The notes under the pieces: generated by a model
The model's database searches: none
Told to the model about the DNA's origin: nothing
The model's input: the letters and a program-made list of their open reading frames with translations, nothing else
Shown here: piece by piece, positions 26,601 through 42,335 of the stretch
Position numbering within the stretch: position 1 is the stretch's first letter
How the letters are laid out: the number at the start of each line of letters is the position of its first letter
Made by a program: the position numbers and the translations under genes
Source of the DNA: Paramecium tetraurelia
Lineage: Eukaryota
Reading direction: 5' to 3'
Assembly (NCBI GenBank): GCA_000165425.1
Contig: CT868041.1
Coordinates: 558,001 to 622,000 of the forward strand
Length of the DNA stretch: 64,000 bases

Positions 26601-27677
26601 TTGCTGAAAAAAAAATCAAATAAGTATCCTGAATTATGTTTACTAATTTAGTTACTACAATTTATCTTTCACAAGAAAAGCTAATATCCAAAATTATGCT
26701 TGATCTCTCGATTATGTTACATGGATGATGAAATGGATGAGGCTGTTTATAAATTAATTGTTGAATCAATCAAGTATTTCCATACTAAGTAAGTAATTAA
26801 TTTATTTAGAGAAATACAATTGAATAAACCTGAGATAAATTTAACACACGAATAACTCATTGAATATTGCAATGAGTTTCTGCAATAGCTACTAGGTTCA
26901 CAATACATTACTTAACTGTTACAACAACTTAAGTAAAATACTAATAAGTGTAATTGTAATTGAATTTTTAAGATATCATATTTGAAAATATAATGATTTA
27001 AGTGATGAACCTGTATTTTTAAAAAAAAAGACAGTGCCAAGACATTTTGAAATTAATTTTTCAGGCAGCAGATTTAGATGGTAATAACTTGATTGAATTC
27101 TCAGAAGTATTACTTTGTCTTATATTATTTAGTTCAAAAACTTATACAAAGCAATACATCCTAATATATATGATAAAAATGTGGCTTTGGAGTAATTCAT
27201 AAGTTATGCTGACTATATAGAGGAGCTGTCCAAAAATAAAATGATCACGCTTCCAAGATTTGCTGAAATGGCCATTGAATTAAATTTGTTTTCTAAGGAA
27301 TAAATAAATTAATACAGCAAAGGATTCGAATCGTTATTATAAGAATGGGAGGATCAAAAAAACTGCATTAAGTTTAGATATTTGAAGGCTGAAAAGTTTC
27401 CGAAAGTTAAATTCACTTTTAATTTGTTAACCGACTAAATCAACCTATTAAAAAATAAGAAATAAACGACGCATGATCCTTAAAGTACATTATTAACCTA
27501 TATAAGCACTATGGGTGAGTTACAAATTATTGTAAGAGAAATCTCAAAGGGTAGTTTTAAAGTATTAGTTATACATATTTTAGCCATGAAATCAGGGAAT
27601 GCTTCTTTGATTTAGTGCCTCATGAGTTATGGATAATATAATAAGGATACAGAGCAATAGAAGAATTATGCATATGA
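23697..27677 (+). CDS. Large protein with axonemal dynein light chain (p28/AXDND1-like) domain, coiled coils and EF-hand
   Basis: PNRQQAIDL...ELARQVSFECKERGTLL; long Q-rich coils; FLKKYGFKNVAE; ADLDGNNLIEFSEF. Confidence 0.7.
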
Positions 27678-28223
27678 AGTGAATTAGATATTATATTTAT
27701 AAGATATCTTTATGTCTAAATACACACTATTAATTGATTTAAATAAAATGTATTATTATATAAAATAAAAAATCATGCAGAATTTAGTTTGGTAATTTAA
27801 AATTGAAATTTAATTATTTAATCCAATAATAATAATATTTCAATGATCTTGTCAAATTGTATTAAGATACTTGATAATAACAAACCTCTTTTGATATGTT
27901 AATAAAAATAAAATGTAATTAATATTATAATGCCTTTTTGAAAATTATTGAGATCATAAGTAATAAATCACTTATTTAGAATAAATCATATGGAGTTTCT
28001 CATCTCGGATTCAAAGTGGATGTACAAAAGTGATTTTTTTTGACGATAATCATGGTATATTAATGGATTTATGACTTACAGAGGAGTTTAATCTGGGAAG
28101 AAATTAATTAAAAAGTATTTAAATTAGAAGCAGATTTAACATGACTAACAATATTTATGTATTTAAATTTCACTATTGTTTGAATAATAATGTTTTTATT
28201 TATTGTTGGATATAATATTAAAA

Positions 28224-31200
28224 ATGCTATAGGGATTTTGCTTTGTTTCAATGTATTAGCCAAGCTTTACTTTAAACATAAAGATATAAAGATTAGTATT
28301 GCTAATATATTATTGCCAAACACTAACTTTAGCTTTTCCATTGGATGGTTGGAATTTATGGACTTATAAGGATGGAGCTTTTAGGATGACCAAAAATTTA
28401 TTAAACATGTTCTTAATTTTTCCATATGTCAATGAGGTTAAATCATCAACATTAATCTATGTTTTGACACTACTATTCTCTTTATTTAACATTTTCATGC
28501 TGTTAACAATATTTTTGATTGCCAAATTTAAAAATAAACTTTCATTTATGCTAACTTTCACATATTGGTATTTAGTTATTGTACCTAAACTGTTTTTTAT
28601 GCCTCAGTTGTTCATATTTATAGGATCTCTATCCTTTAGTTAAAGAGCTCTATTGTATTCAGAATTTTAATTTCATGCATTTTTGCCTATAAGTGGAGTA
28701 GGATTATTAATTGTGTCTTTCTTTTGTTTTTTTAGTAGCTACTTTATTCGAAGCACCAAATTGCAACAAGATAATGGATTAATATAAAAATTTAGTATGC
28801 TCTTATTTATTGAATAATGTCTCAACGTCATTATTACTTGTTTGTATTTTCAAAATAGAAGCGCGTTCAATAATGTGGTACAATTATTAATGATGCATCT
28901 CTATTACTTATCCTAATTCATCAACGCATTTTATGTGGGAACCTTCCCTCCCCACTTATCCAAATTCTGTCTAATATTGATTTCCTCGTGCCAAAGCCTT
29001 CTCATAGTTATAACAATAAATTTAGCATCATCAAACAATCTGATATCAGAAGAACAAATATTAATAATGTGGTTGATTTTTATGACTTTTTCGGTTTCAA
29101 TAAGCACAATATTAAATGACAGGAAATAAATTAAACTGCTTTTCAAACAAACAAATGTCTTTGAACTATAGGAGTTTGTCCAATACGTTTATTATATGAT
29201 GCCAGAATTAACAAATAAAGATTTCAAAATTTAGAATCGATTTATTTATTGTATTTTTATTCAAAACCATGAAAAATAATGCCTAAACTGTTAAAAGATT
29301 AGATAAAGCAAGAATAAGGTTGCTTCTAAATTTGTATTTACTAATGTACTGTATTGCATAATAAAGGAACATCTTGGAGTTTTAAAAATGGTCTCTAGGT
29401 CTGAGTATGAATAATTTGAGATATACTATGCAGATTTTTTAAATAAAATCAAAAAACAACCTCTATTGTCATTTGTCGAATTGAAAGTCTACTAATTACA
29501 AAATTCAAAGCCATCGTTTTATTTTAAAAATACAATTTCTTACTTTTTTGAGGAGCTTAAAAAAATCATTCTTGACACAAGAGTGTAATTTCATTCAAAT
29601 CATCATAATTTTGAAGAAAACTCCCTTGAAATTAAGGATATCATATAGGCGTATTCAATAGAAGAATACATGTTACCAAAAATAATTGAACTTATAGATC
29701 AGAAAATAAGAATTTGGAATGAATAGATAAATGGCTTAGATTCTATTTATGATTTAGAATAATTGATTGTAAATTATTCCAGTAAAATATTAAGTTGTTA
29801 AGATTTATTGGAACAAAGGTTGTAATTAGATTTGCTGAATTTCAATTAAATCTAAAAGGCTAGAAATGTCATCGAATTGAGGGTTGCATCAATATTTCAC
29901 TTGATAATTCTAAATGATTTCTATAGTTCCCTTTAATGTGAATAATAAATATCTGAAGTATTGGCAATGGAGAATTCGCTTCCAAATGATGTGATTAGTA
30001 ACATTGACATCCTATAAGATAACTTATGTTTAATAATGGTTAGCATGGTGAAGAACAGAGGATATATCAAGAATACTAAAAAGAATTATATTGCCAATTA
30101 CTTCGGATTAGATGTTAAAGAAGTAGAAAGCATAAATCATATTAATTTATTCATTCCTCAATTTATTGCTGATATCCATGAATAATTTCTATAGTCTTAC
30201 TTAGAAACAGCATAGTCACCACTATTTAATTAATATTAAATTGTATTTAGTAAATTTAAGAATGAATTTGTTTAGCCATAATAATTAAAATTAGAAAATA
30301 ACTTTGATTTTTACGATGATTACGTTGTCACAGGATGTTTATCGAAAGTGAAAGAAACATCAGAGTTTGTATTATTCGATGAAAATGGCAAGGTTCTCTC
30401 AGTGACTTAAGGATTTTATACAGATATAATTTAACCAGCATTTCAAGAAGAATTAACTGCTTAAACAATAAATTAGGCTTACATATTCTTATTTTTTATA
30501 AATATATTTTCTATTTTAGATTAGTAAAAGGATAATATCAATTTATCAGAGTTTCTTTAAGTAGAGCTTATGACCACTATAACCATTTTTGAAGATTTAT
30601 CCAAAATAATCTAATTCTTTTGTGAAAATAAATTATCCAACACAACCTCATTAGCATATTCATTAAGAAAGAGTATGTAAAAAACTGCGCTTATGTCATA
30701 GACTAAGACATACACAACTAAGAAATAAAGAGAAAATATTTAAACCGGAAGGTATTATGTAAACAATAGTGTGAAAATATCTGATGATATCTAATTATTT
30801 TGTTCCTAGTTTAGAACTTAGGTGTCAGAACTTCTGCAATAATTTAATGTATATTCTAAACATATTTAGAAATTCTCATCTGTTTAGTATCATTCTAAAA
30901 TATCATTATAATATAGAACTATAGGCAAAAAGTCAGCCTAGAGATCATATTTTATAATTGAGATTTTAGATTATAGGAAAAAAGTTGCAAATGCAACCTC
31001 CTCAGTGATTTCAAAGCAATTTGACAGCATATATAATAATAAGAGTAATCTTAATATAAATGTAATTAGATTTTAGTAGTGTACTAACAGATATTACAAC
31101 GAGCGAGAGAATAGTCCAAAAGGATGAATATAGACCTAATGTAAGATATGTTTTTATTTAGGAAATCATTGGGAATAGTTTTAATCATTTATTGAGTGAC

Positions 31201-33549
31201 AGAGAGTAGTTGTTTGGAGTGCTGAATTAATCGTTTTAAGAGAGTTAGAGTTTTGGTCCACTCTCTTAAAGAGCAAACTTTATATCTCCTCGATAACATA
31301 ATTTAGATGATGAATTAAGAAAATTAGAACTTGAGTTTTAAGACATTAGAGTTAGTTTTAATGGTGGGGCTATGGTACAATAATATGCGGGAGAGGAGAA
31401 AGAAGAGGAGGATTACAATAATGAATCCAAATCAAATAAACCATAGAAGTCAAGCAGCGAAAAACGTTAAGATAAGAGTTATAAAATGCTGAAATTGTTA
31501 ACAACCTACAAAGACAAAGGCATTATCAAAGAGAGGGATGATCATTAATCCTATTCTAGCAAAACCTCAGGAACTTCAAAAACATAGTACATATCCATAA
31601 TAAAAAACTTTCAACACTCTAAAATTATGATCACCAGTCTAAAAATCATTTTAACTTTGACATTAATACTATTCCTTTGTGCCTTGTCGACCATTGTCAT
31701 CAATACTTAAGTCATAAAATAACAAATCTCAGAGATCGTAGATAGTAGTTATTCACTCAATGCTCCACTATTTTTCAATAGGTATTTCTTTTAAAGTTAT
31801 GCTTTATCATGGACCTTACTTATGAATGGACTTAAAATTGTAAAGCATAGTGATTTTCTAATTAATCAAACTTTCTCAACTCTTAAGCATTAGGGAAATG
31901 AAACATTCGAAAATCTGGGCGTTATGTACCCCAAATTCATTGAGATTGAAAATATGGGATTATTAAATAACATCAGCATTTAGCTGCTCGGTTTTCCAAG
32001 AAAAACTGTCTCTTACACAGAATTTATTAACAGCATATAAAACACGCTTTAATACTTTTTTTAGATCAAATATTTTTCAGATGAAGCCACTGATTAAGTC
32101 TTAGATATAGATTATATTAATTCTGTTATCACACTTAGATATAATTTAAAATATGTATTCGATATGAATAAGGAATTAATTCAATCATTGGATCTTATGA
32201 GTTAGAACATTATTAAAGATGGAGGAAAAGAATTGTAATCACTAACAATAGCAGAAATATGTTTTATCTTTTTTATCCACTTTGTGTCATTGTTTTTTTG
32301 GAATAAGACTGAGAGTTAGAAACAATAAATTCTATTAATAAATGGAAGGCTTTAAGAGAATTCCGTAAATGATCTGATCTATAGGCATCTAAATATCAAA
32401 TCCATATTGTAATCAACAGATTTAAAAAAGAATAATTGGAAAAAATAACAAGTTTGCTTGATATTTTAGTAAACTATGGATAATTAAGAAGCCAAATAAT
32501 AGTATTTAGATTAAAGATACAATTAGCTTAATAAGACTAAAAATGACTAAAATAAAAAAAAAGGATAAGTTGGTATGCTCAATTCCAGATTAAGAGACAC
32601 ATCTTATTCCATTAAGAAATATATTTGTTATAATTTGGTAGTTTTCCTGATAATAGCTAGTTTCTTATTAGGAGGCTATTTCTATTAAAGTTCATTAATG
32701 AATAATCTTATTCCTTAATAAAAATTAACTTTAAACTTTGTTAGATTTTCATCTTACCTTGACACTCTAATAACAACTGGTTTGGTCCTTAAAACTTAAC
32801 CTTAAGTGTATCCTGGACTTATTGCACATAAATTTTATACTCAAGCTCAGTTTAATAGATATAGGGATCCATTAAAATAATTGTTTCACATGTTTTTGGA
32901 TGTTTATGAGACTTACGATTAAAACTTAACAGAAATCTATGAAGGTATTTTATTTTCAAAAGACATTGATGATACAAAGAAAGAACTATTATTAGGATTG
33001 TATGAAAGTGATATTTGCTAAATGATAACCGAGAAAATTCCATTTTGTTAATATGAATAATTAGGAGAGTTGAATTTTATTTAAAAATATTCTTAATATT
33101 CTTATTAAGACAATAATCGTGATTACCTTGAAAATGGTCTTGTGGGGATTACAAGTAGCATTAGTTATTTTATGAAAACAAATTATGATTATGAAATCGC
33201 TACCATTGAATATGCCACAGATATGAACGAACTTAGTGACTTATACAAAACAAAGGAATTTACGAATATAATCTTAGAGCATTACAGTTCAACGAAAGAG
33301 ACTACATAATAGATGCTAGAAATCATACTGTCTTCAAATGAAATAATATTGGATGAGTACTTGAAACTTATTACTATTTATTATGGATTGATAGGATCGG
33401 CATTATTAGTTCTATTCGCCTTTTTTTATTATCGATTATTGGATCTAACAGATGATAATTTTATCCATTTAAGATTAGGATTGACCTTGGTTCCTATTGA
33501 AGTGATTACAGATCAATACAACATCTAATTGATAAAATAATTAAATTGA
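28224..33549 (+). CDS. Multi-pass membrane protein with PAS-like domain (TmcB-like, ciliate-expanded type)
   Basis: N-terminal multi-TM block; PAS-like IANYFG...HINLFIPQFIADIHEQFLQSY; further TM segments; terminal LTLVPIEVI motif; TGA at 33547-33549. Confidence 0.8.
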
Positions 33550-33572
33550 TTATGACATTTTTAATAATAAAT

Positions 33573-36500
33573 CATTCTTGATTGCGTTGGTTCAAATTAA
33601 TTTCTTCCGATTACAAACCATCTTATTCAGGATATATTTTTTGATAATTTGGTGAATCTTGTTAGTTGATTGTTTTTTCTAATAGAATATTATAAATTTA
33701 TACATTGTTTTATTTCTTCAGGGACAAAGAAGGGCATTAAGACTGGTTATTCACTATTCTCATTAACAAATAAAGGTGCTTATGGATCTTTCCTTTTCCT
33801 TTATATTCCTCTTCTAGTTTAATATCTCAAAGTAGCCCATAGCTTTTTCACCTTCTCATTCATTTTTGCTTAATTATACAGCATTTTTCTACTCCAAGGA
33901 TACTTCTCTTAAATTTCTGGATGGTGTATTCTTAATTCATCCCTAATTTTATCGAGTTGAGGTTAGAATTTAATCAGATATCCTTCGAATAAATAATAGA
34001 CCATTAGAAGGATGAAAGCAAAATTAATAGCACCAACAATGACGATCATAATGATTTCTAAGTATACAAGATCTTCTTTAATTGCAGAGTAAATCAAAAC
34101 CCCCAAACATAGAGAAGCTGCACAAATGGCAGTCGATAATCTATCGATGAAATTGAGTCTTTTGCTTGAATAAGGTTGGAATCTGATTGTGAATCCCCCA
34201 TAAAAGAATACAATTAAGAATATAATTAACCCCTTAACAACAACTCTATCTTCATAAAATGTTAGGAAAATAATTATAAGTTCTTTTTCAAAAATTTTCA
34301 CAAATTCCCAGAGATAACCCTCCTTGGTGTATTCATTATAGAAATAACCTAGTTTTTTTCTACTTTCAAAGTCATCCAATTTGTTTCTCAATTTGTACAC
34401 TAAATACATGAAGATGCAAGGAAATAGGAATGCCCAACAGATAAGCATTGGAGCAACAAATCCCGCCAGCCAGATATAATGAGTGTCAGTGTCATATTAA
34501 TATAATACATCCGCTTAGACCCATCCAATTCCTCCTATTTCTCTGGAGGAAGCCAATGCAATGAAACCTCCAACTAAGGTAGGTTGTAGATATAAAAACA
34601 TATAGATGAATGCAGTATATATGATACCTTCCTTGAAATCGACCTATTTTAGTAGAACTGCCAAAAAGTACCCAAAAAGAAAAACAGCTAAGTAGATGAT
34701 AGGCATGAGTAATGCCCAAATTAGTCTGAAATATAGTATATCAATGCTAGTCATATCGACTAAAAAGCAGTCAAGAGAGTAGGCCATAGATTGAGTTGGA
34801 TTTCCCATAACTTAAGTGGCATTGGTGATTCCTTCGCTTAAGTTTATTTGGAATGTTGAAATAGCAGAGAGAATTTGGAAATAGTTTGTAAACAATTTAA
34901 TAAGAATGGCTAGATTACTTTGGGAGGGAGATACCAAAATACCCATAGCAATTCTGTTCTAAGTTTTAACAAAGTCTTCAAGCATTTAGTAGTTCCCTTT
35001 TACAGATAAAATCATTGAAAAGAGAGTGACAAAGGACAAGGCCGTAATTACTACAGCATTTACAGCATATGTGTTAGCACAAGGACCACATTTGTATTTG
35101 GCTGAAGTGGAATAGGATTCATCTCTCACTCCATAAATGTCACAAGATTCACACAACGCTCCCATATGACCAGTATAGCATGAGGGGCTACCAGGTGTCC
35201 AACCTCCATTACAATTTAATGGGAGATTCAAACAATATGTAATTATTTCACTGTCAAATTCTGGTCTCCAATATCCTTCCTTTAGTTTAATACCTACTGG
35301 ACTCACATCATCCATAGTAGAACTGTCCATAGCTTAACACTAAGTTTGCTTTTCACTGACTGAATAAGTCTTATCGGCCTTTGTACATGCTTTGCATTGT
35401 TATAAAGAGTAGGCTTCTCCTAGTTGACAAGGCAGTGTTTTGACATTAACATAAAGAGCATAGTTTTGATTGTACGATTAAATCTTGAATGGGGATACGG
35501 TTTGATAAACTGGAATTTTAATTGGTGTACACACAACTAAGTAAATAGAAATGAATAAATTTACATCTTAATTATAAATATAGGTTATCCTCTAAATAGG
35601 GGTCAAAAGTAACAACCAAAGCATCCAGATCAAAAGCTCCAGCTGTTTAGTCATAATAGAACACTTAAGTATTGGTAAAGTTCGATAAAAATTCTTTGCT
35701 TGTATTATAATTATTAGTGTCCATAATTCTACCTGTTAACGTACATGATTCTGTGGAGTTGATGTTGGACATAGGTTATTTAAATCTATCCAAATTGATT
35801 ATTCTGAATTTCCAATCATATGGCACTTATTCATCAGTGTCAGAGTAGTAATATTTATATGAGTCAATAGCCTAACCTGATGGCAGTAATAAATAAGTAG
35901 TAGTGTTCTTATAATTGTACAGTTCATATGGATCCAAAGAGATGATGTCAATGATTGTGCTTTTAGAACTGTCAATATACCCATCGCCATTCACATCACC
36001 ATCATACTCCTCAAAAGTAATAGTTTTCATGAGCTCATTATTCTTCATTGATAAGGTTAGACTTTAAGGATATTCTTCCAGATTGTCTCCCCTTAATTGT
36101 CCTTAATTGTTCTGAAAGAATACCTCAATTGAAGATACATTTCCAATTGAACCTCCTGAAATAAACATACCTCCTGCCAATTAAGCAACATTTCCTTCAA
36201 CCGTATTATCAGCAATATTTAATAATGTGGAATCGGTTTTATAAACCACACTCTTATAATAGAGGGCTCCTCCCATCAGACTGGCATAATTATCAGTGAA
36301 TTCCGAACGGATTATCAAAGAATCCAAACCGATTATGGCGATTCCTCCACCCACTTTAGCTGAGTTGCCGATAAATTTAGATTTTGATATGATGACCACA
36401 TTTTTTTATTGGGCCAAATCTTCTACAACGCCTAACATTCTTCTAGAATTGGATAGTTCATAATCAGTTAATGGAATTGATTATTCAGCATCATTAAGGA

Positions 36501-39500
36501 CATCGTCATAAGTTAGCACTAGACAGCCATAATAACCAGCAATGTTAGAGAGACAGAAAAAATCTTTGAGTTCAATCACAGGATATGTTTCCTAATGAAC
36601 CTATAAGATTTAAACTAATCCATTCACACATCTTAGACATTTATTATTTTAAATTAGGATTTATTCAATGGTTAAATATTATTTGGATGTAACTGAGCTC
36701 AATTTAAATAACCCTGTTGGGATTTTTTAAAATTGCTCAACATATCCCTATAAGATTGTAGATAGATAGCAACCAATAAATACAGAGTTTTCATCAATCG
36801 AAAAAGTAGTAAAAATTGGAAAAATTAAATTTAATTCGATATTGTCCAATATTTTATGTATGACTTCTTAGTTATAATTAGCTTTAATTACTTAATACTT
36901 CATTAAGTCAGTTAATGAAGTATATAAATCATCCAAAGACTGGAAATAAATTGGATAATTCCCATCGTCACCAACTTAGTTTATGATGATGGCCAAACCA
37001 TCAGATTTAAAATTAGAATCTAGATCCTCCACAGCTAAGCAAGTTTATTCAGATAAAACATTCTTAGAAACATAACTCACATAGTAACTATCGAGATTTC
37101 CACAACTAGTAGATGAAGGTGGATCATATTGATAATGATCTATAATCTTTGTGGATGTTAAAGTTATTACTCCTGAAATTTCATATAAAGTAATGGCAAG
37201 TATGCTGTTTATAAAGATGGTATTATTTGAAACTGTTACATCATTGATTTCCACTTCAACCATCTCTTCCAAAATCATCACAGAAACAAATTGAAATTCC
37301 TTAAACGTCGTAGAAGTTAGAGTAAATCTACCGTAACTCTAATAAAAAACAGAGGATCTGGTAAACATATATTCAGTATCTATTGTAGATATATCCGGAA
37401 TATTTCTTAAGAAATTTACCATATTATTCTAAGAAAACGATGATTAAGTTATAGAGAGACTGGGCAGCATTGGAGAGGAAGTCGAAAATGGTATATAGAT
37501 GGCGGAAGTTTTAAGGCCCATGCAATTAGTAAATTTGGAATCGCTGATGGCAACTGATGATTGCTGGGTTGAAGGACTTACATATATACAGCCACCATCT
37601 AATCTAGTCACACATTCTGACATTATGACTCTTTCAATGTTTAATTGTAATTTTGAGTTTGAGGAGTCCACATACAAGCAACCTCCATTTGAAGAGTATT
37701 AATTCAATAAGCTATTATACTGTCTTGTAATTTGTGTATTAATTATATTGATGAAGCCACTATCGATTGTCTCTACGACTAAGCCTGAACCTCTAATTGC
37801 TTAGCCCTTATCGAAGATCGAATTCTCAATGTTAGTGAAGGCTGATTTAATGAAAATGTTTCCTCCTTAACTGTAGATTGGGAAGAATTACTCTAGAGTT
37901 ATGATGATCAATTTCTCATCTTTTTACCCAGAAGTAGAATTTACTATTTATTATTCTTCCAATCTATATATCCAATCTTTTTGTCTAATATTTGTATTTG
38001 TAAATTAGCAATTCAATATCTCAAGGGAGTAGGTTACAACATAAATTACACTATTGTGAACTCTAGTGGCCCTGTTGTTGTCAAAAATAGTATTTTTCAA
38101 AACAAGATAGGATAGAGGAGCTTAAATTATGAAAACTGGAGAGGATGGGTTCAATTAATCACTAACTAAGGAGTGCAAATGATTTTGTGAGAATTCGCAA
38201 TCTTGTATCAGGATATCCTAATCTTAATTGGATTGAATATAAATCGAACCGATAGCCGTTCCTGATTCTGTAATCACCAAAGAATTTCCTATAACTTTGA
38301 TATTTTTTAGGATGATTAATTCTCTGGTGGTATTATCATAAAATTAACCGTAATCTTATATTACTGTATCGCTGGTTGTGTTGTATTGTTCAACATCCCA
38401 AGAGTTTAATTGGATAAAGTTTGTATCTATCGACAATAATCTTCTAATCACTACATTTTCAATCTTGACTCCAATTTCAAAATCTGAAATGTAGAGGAAA
38501 TGCTCATTGTAACTCTTAAATTCAGTTTTTCTATCTGCACAATCCTTACTGGTGGGTATCTTATTGTTTGAAGGATTCAATTATGAATCGATATATTAGC
38601 TTTGAGTCCAATCATATAATCCATCAACCAATTGAAATGATTGTATGTTATTAGCTGCTAATTAGGTTATTCCAAGATTGTTTAGCGATTAGAAATTAGA
38701 AATTACAATTTTTTAAACAGAAGTAAAAAATATTAAAGCTGAAAATACTGAATTGGATTCCTTGTCAGTTAATTTCATTGAGTTTGTTTATTCAATGTAA
38801 AAATCTACCAGAGATACATTCGTATTATATTGATAATTATTAATTGGAGTTGAGATTTTAATAAAACAGATAGGAGTCAAACATAAGGATTAAACTATTT
38901 TAACATTGCTAAATGAATAGAAATGCAAGGCGTTAGATGCCTATAAATCGTCTATTACCTTATAACTATTCTAAAAGAGTCGACCCTCCGTATAAAAGGT
39001 CGAGTTTAATGAATAGACGTTTTTCAAAAAAAATGAATTAGATTAGACTAGCTTTGAACCCTCAGTGAAATTACATCTAATGATATCTACATTGTTCAAC
39101 ATAGTTTTGTTCTAAGATTTCAAATTTATAAACCAACTATTCGTAAATACAGTAAATTTGAAAACCACTTTCCCAAAATTAATTAAACCGCTATTAATTG
39201 CTGAACCCTCTGGCTCACCAAAAATAACAACATTGGTTAATTTGCATTTATGGAAAGTCATTCCTTAAGATCCAATGCCTTGTATAATAGATTTCACATT
39301 AGTATTGATTGTGGGTGAAAAGAGGACAGCATCTTTAAAAATGCATTAATAAAATGTGACATCATCAAACATGTAGGATACAGTGTCAATATTTTCTAAG
39401 GGATAAGGAAGTGAGAAAACATCATCTGATTTAAAACCACTAAATACAACCTTTTTCCAATTAAGAATATCAACGTTTTCTGCCAAAAATACCATTTTTG

Positions 39501-42224
39501 TACCATCATACTCTTTTGTTATTTTAAAGTTCTCCAATGTTAATTTGGTTTTCACATTCTAAGAAATATTCAATCCTGTATAATCGTGTGTACTATTAGA
39601 TTTTAAGGCTTTGATCTCAATTCCTTTAATGCTCAAATAGTCAGACCATGGGATATTCAATAGCCCATCTAGCTTAATAACTAGAGGGTCTTGAGTTGAA
39701 TCTGGTTCTCCGATAATATTAACATAAAAGTATCTAATAGAAAATACATTCTTTTGGAAATTGAATAGAAAGTTAGTACTCTAAGTAAAATCGCACTGTT
39801 TCTCTCCACTCTTTAAATAAATGTTCAAAATGAGAGATGATATTACTTTTTCATTAAGTTATTTATAAAAGGTCAGAGTTTCAATGCCATCCAAAGTAAT
39901 ATTGGTGGCATAAGTAGACGATGATGATGTTGAGTAGAAATAATTTAGACTAAATAAATAACCTCTGTCAAAAATAGGAGCAGCATTATACTCCGTAGTG
40001 TACTCACTACTTTTACAAAACAACTTGATATCAATTTGAGCCTATTCAACACATTTTCCAGTTTATTGAGCTGCCTAATCGCATTCAAGTGGCATATTCA
40101 AATAAGTATCATAAGTGACTTTTTAACTGGATGATATATTTTCATCAAATGCATAGCATAATCTACTGTATTTTTCCAAAATGGAGTTTGAAGGTGAAAA
40201 GTAATAGTTAACTCTGTTGAGTTCCTCCTAAGTTCTATCCCTACAAGCCATACATCGATAGGGACACGTTTGACATTCCGACTCTTCTGAATTAATTGAT
40301 CTATCCCTGTAATAATTGAAGCATTGGCCACAAAAAGCTCCATTGCTTTGATACTCACATGCATCCAATAAGAAAGACAATGGATTAGTTGGGACTTGAC
40401 TTGGATTTGAGATAACACAATTTTTAGTACAGCCTTAACAAGAGTTTCCATACTTCGTAAAACCTGTGGTACATTTAGAGCAATAGGGTTCCTCGAGACT
40501 AGTAGTTAAGTACTTAGACTTCTTGAATGTGTCCAAAATAACTCTCTGTTATGCGTAACTAGTAAAATTATAGTCTTGGTTATATTATGAACATGAAGAG
40601 CAATAAGCCGGACAAGGCAAGCAAGAATTCGAAAAGAAATCAGCATAATAGCCATCATCACAAATTAAGCACGAGTAAACCTTTTAAGTGTCTCCTTTAA
40701 GTAGAATTCCAGATGAATCGTAATAGCTTACAATATCATCACTGGGACTGTCATAAGAATAACAGTATAAGCAATTGTCAATTTAATCACTGCATCCAAC
40801 AAAGCATGATCCCTGTTTAGTATCTAAGGAATATCCCTATAATAATGAAATTAATTTTATACTGATGAGCATTTAATGCATATGTAATTAGCACCACTAA
40901 TCTAATGAGAAATGCAATTTGCCAATTTTTTGGCATTATCGACAGCTACGCAACTGGTGCCATCGGCCGATAAAACAAAGTCAGTTTTACAATATAAACA
41001 CATGCTTACAGGATCTGAATCGTAATCCCTCCTATAAGGTATGAAATCTAGATCAAGAGAGGATCTTGTAGATGAGGTATCGCTTAATAGAGAAATTTGG
41101 TAGTATCCTACATCACAATTAGAAACCTGAGTAGGAACACATGATTATCCATCATAATTTAGGATATCGTTGCTTTATTGACATTGTCTACAAATTTTGA
41201 CATACCAATCTTTTATATCCTCACCTATCGACAAAAAAGATCTTGATGGGTACATGATTTCCATCGTTTATATTGCAATATATTCGCATCTCAAACAATT
41301 CGAATCACATCCTTCGCAAGTCCTCAAATCCAGACTAGGTATATAACCAGAGTTACAAGCTTTACACTGTTAAATTTCAGTGCTAGCTACAGTTACTGTG
41401 ACGCATTTGCTGCAATTGTTGGTGCACAAAACACAACTTTTAGTTTAAGCACTCCATCGATACCCATCCTAACATTGTTCACACAAATCTGTACCACCAG
41501 ACCCAGAAACAAGAGTACCACATTTGCTGCAATACTTGATTGAACAACTTTCGCATGTATTCATCTTTAGATAATATCCTTCAATGCATTCTACTGCAAC
41601 CTTATCAATATCAACTTTCTTGTAATCATGATCGAATGTATAGCAAGTAGTTTCGTCAGGTGTTGTGCAAAAATCTTTGCATCCTGTGCAGATATACACA
41701 GCATATTTCAATTGTCTCGATCTAGTGATCGTCCCTGTCCAAGTTCCCAATTAAATCGAATTACCAACAAAAAACAATTCAGGATAATCTCTCTCTATTT
41801 TTTGGTATGTTCCTTGTCCAATTTTACCATTCCCCACCTCGTAATCATAGGTGCACTTCCTACTGAACTCCCAACCGTAAGGATCCTCGAAGCAATCCAT
41901 GCAATAATTCACTAAGTCTGAATTAATATTCACCTGATAATAAGGGCTATGATATTTATTACTAACATACCACTAAACACATTAAGGTGGCTTAGTATCT
42001 GAAGCTCCCAGTGTAAATAAAAAGTAACCATACTCACATTTCGGAGGAACGGTGCTGCAATCTTCAACACCCAAAACACATAGTTCTGAGCATCCAGATG
42101 CTGTCTTTTTCAGGCAACCAACCTGCACCTTCTGGCTTTACTCTCTTAATCAAAAATGTTACCTTGAGTATTGTCCATACGCAATAAGTACTAAATTCGA
42201 AAACTGTAATAATAATAAGTTCAT
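33573..42224 (-). CDS. Giant (~2,800 aa) Cys-rich, beta-helix/PMP-repeat multi-pass membrane protein
   Basis: Signal-like MNLLLLQFSNLVLIAYG; furin-like CxxC repeats; GGxxxx repeats (GGNIFI, GGCIYV, GGGIAI, GGALYY); GYWR...C-rich module; C-terminal TMs with LGYFYNEY and YLWEFVK. Confidence 0.85.
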
Positions 42225-42335
42225 CAAATTGAATAAATTAATTTCAATATTTTATCAATTCATTTTAGCAGTTATATAATTACAAATTTTGGGGCAAATA
42301 AACATTTCTTGTAAATTATATTTATTTTAATTTTT

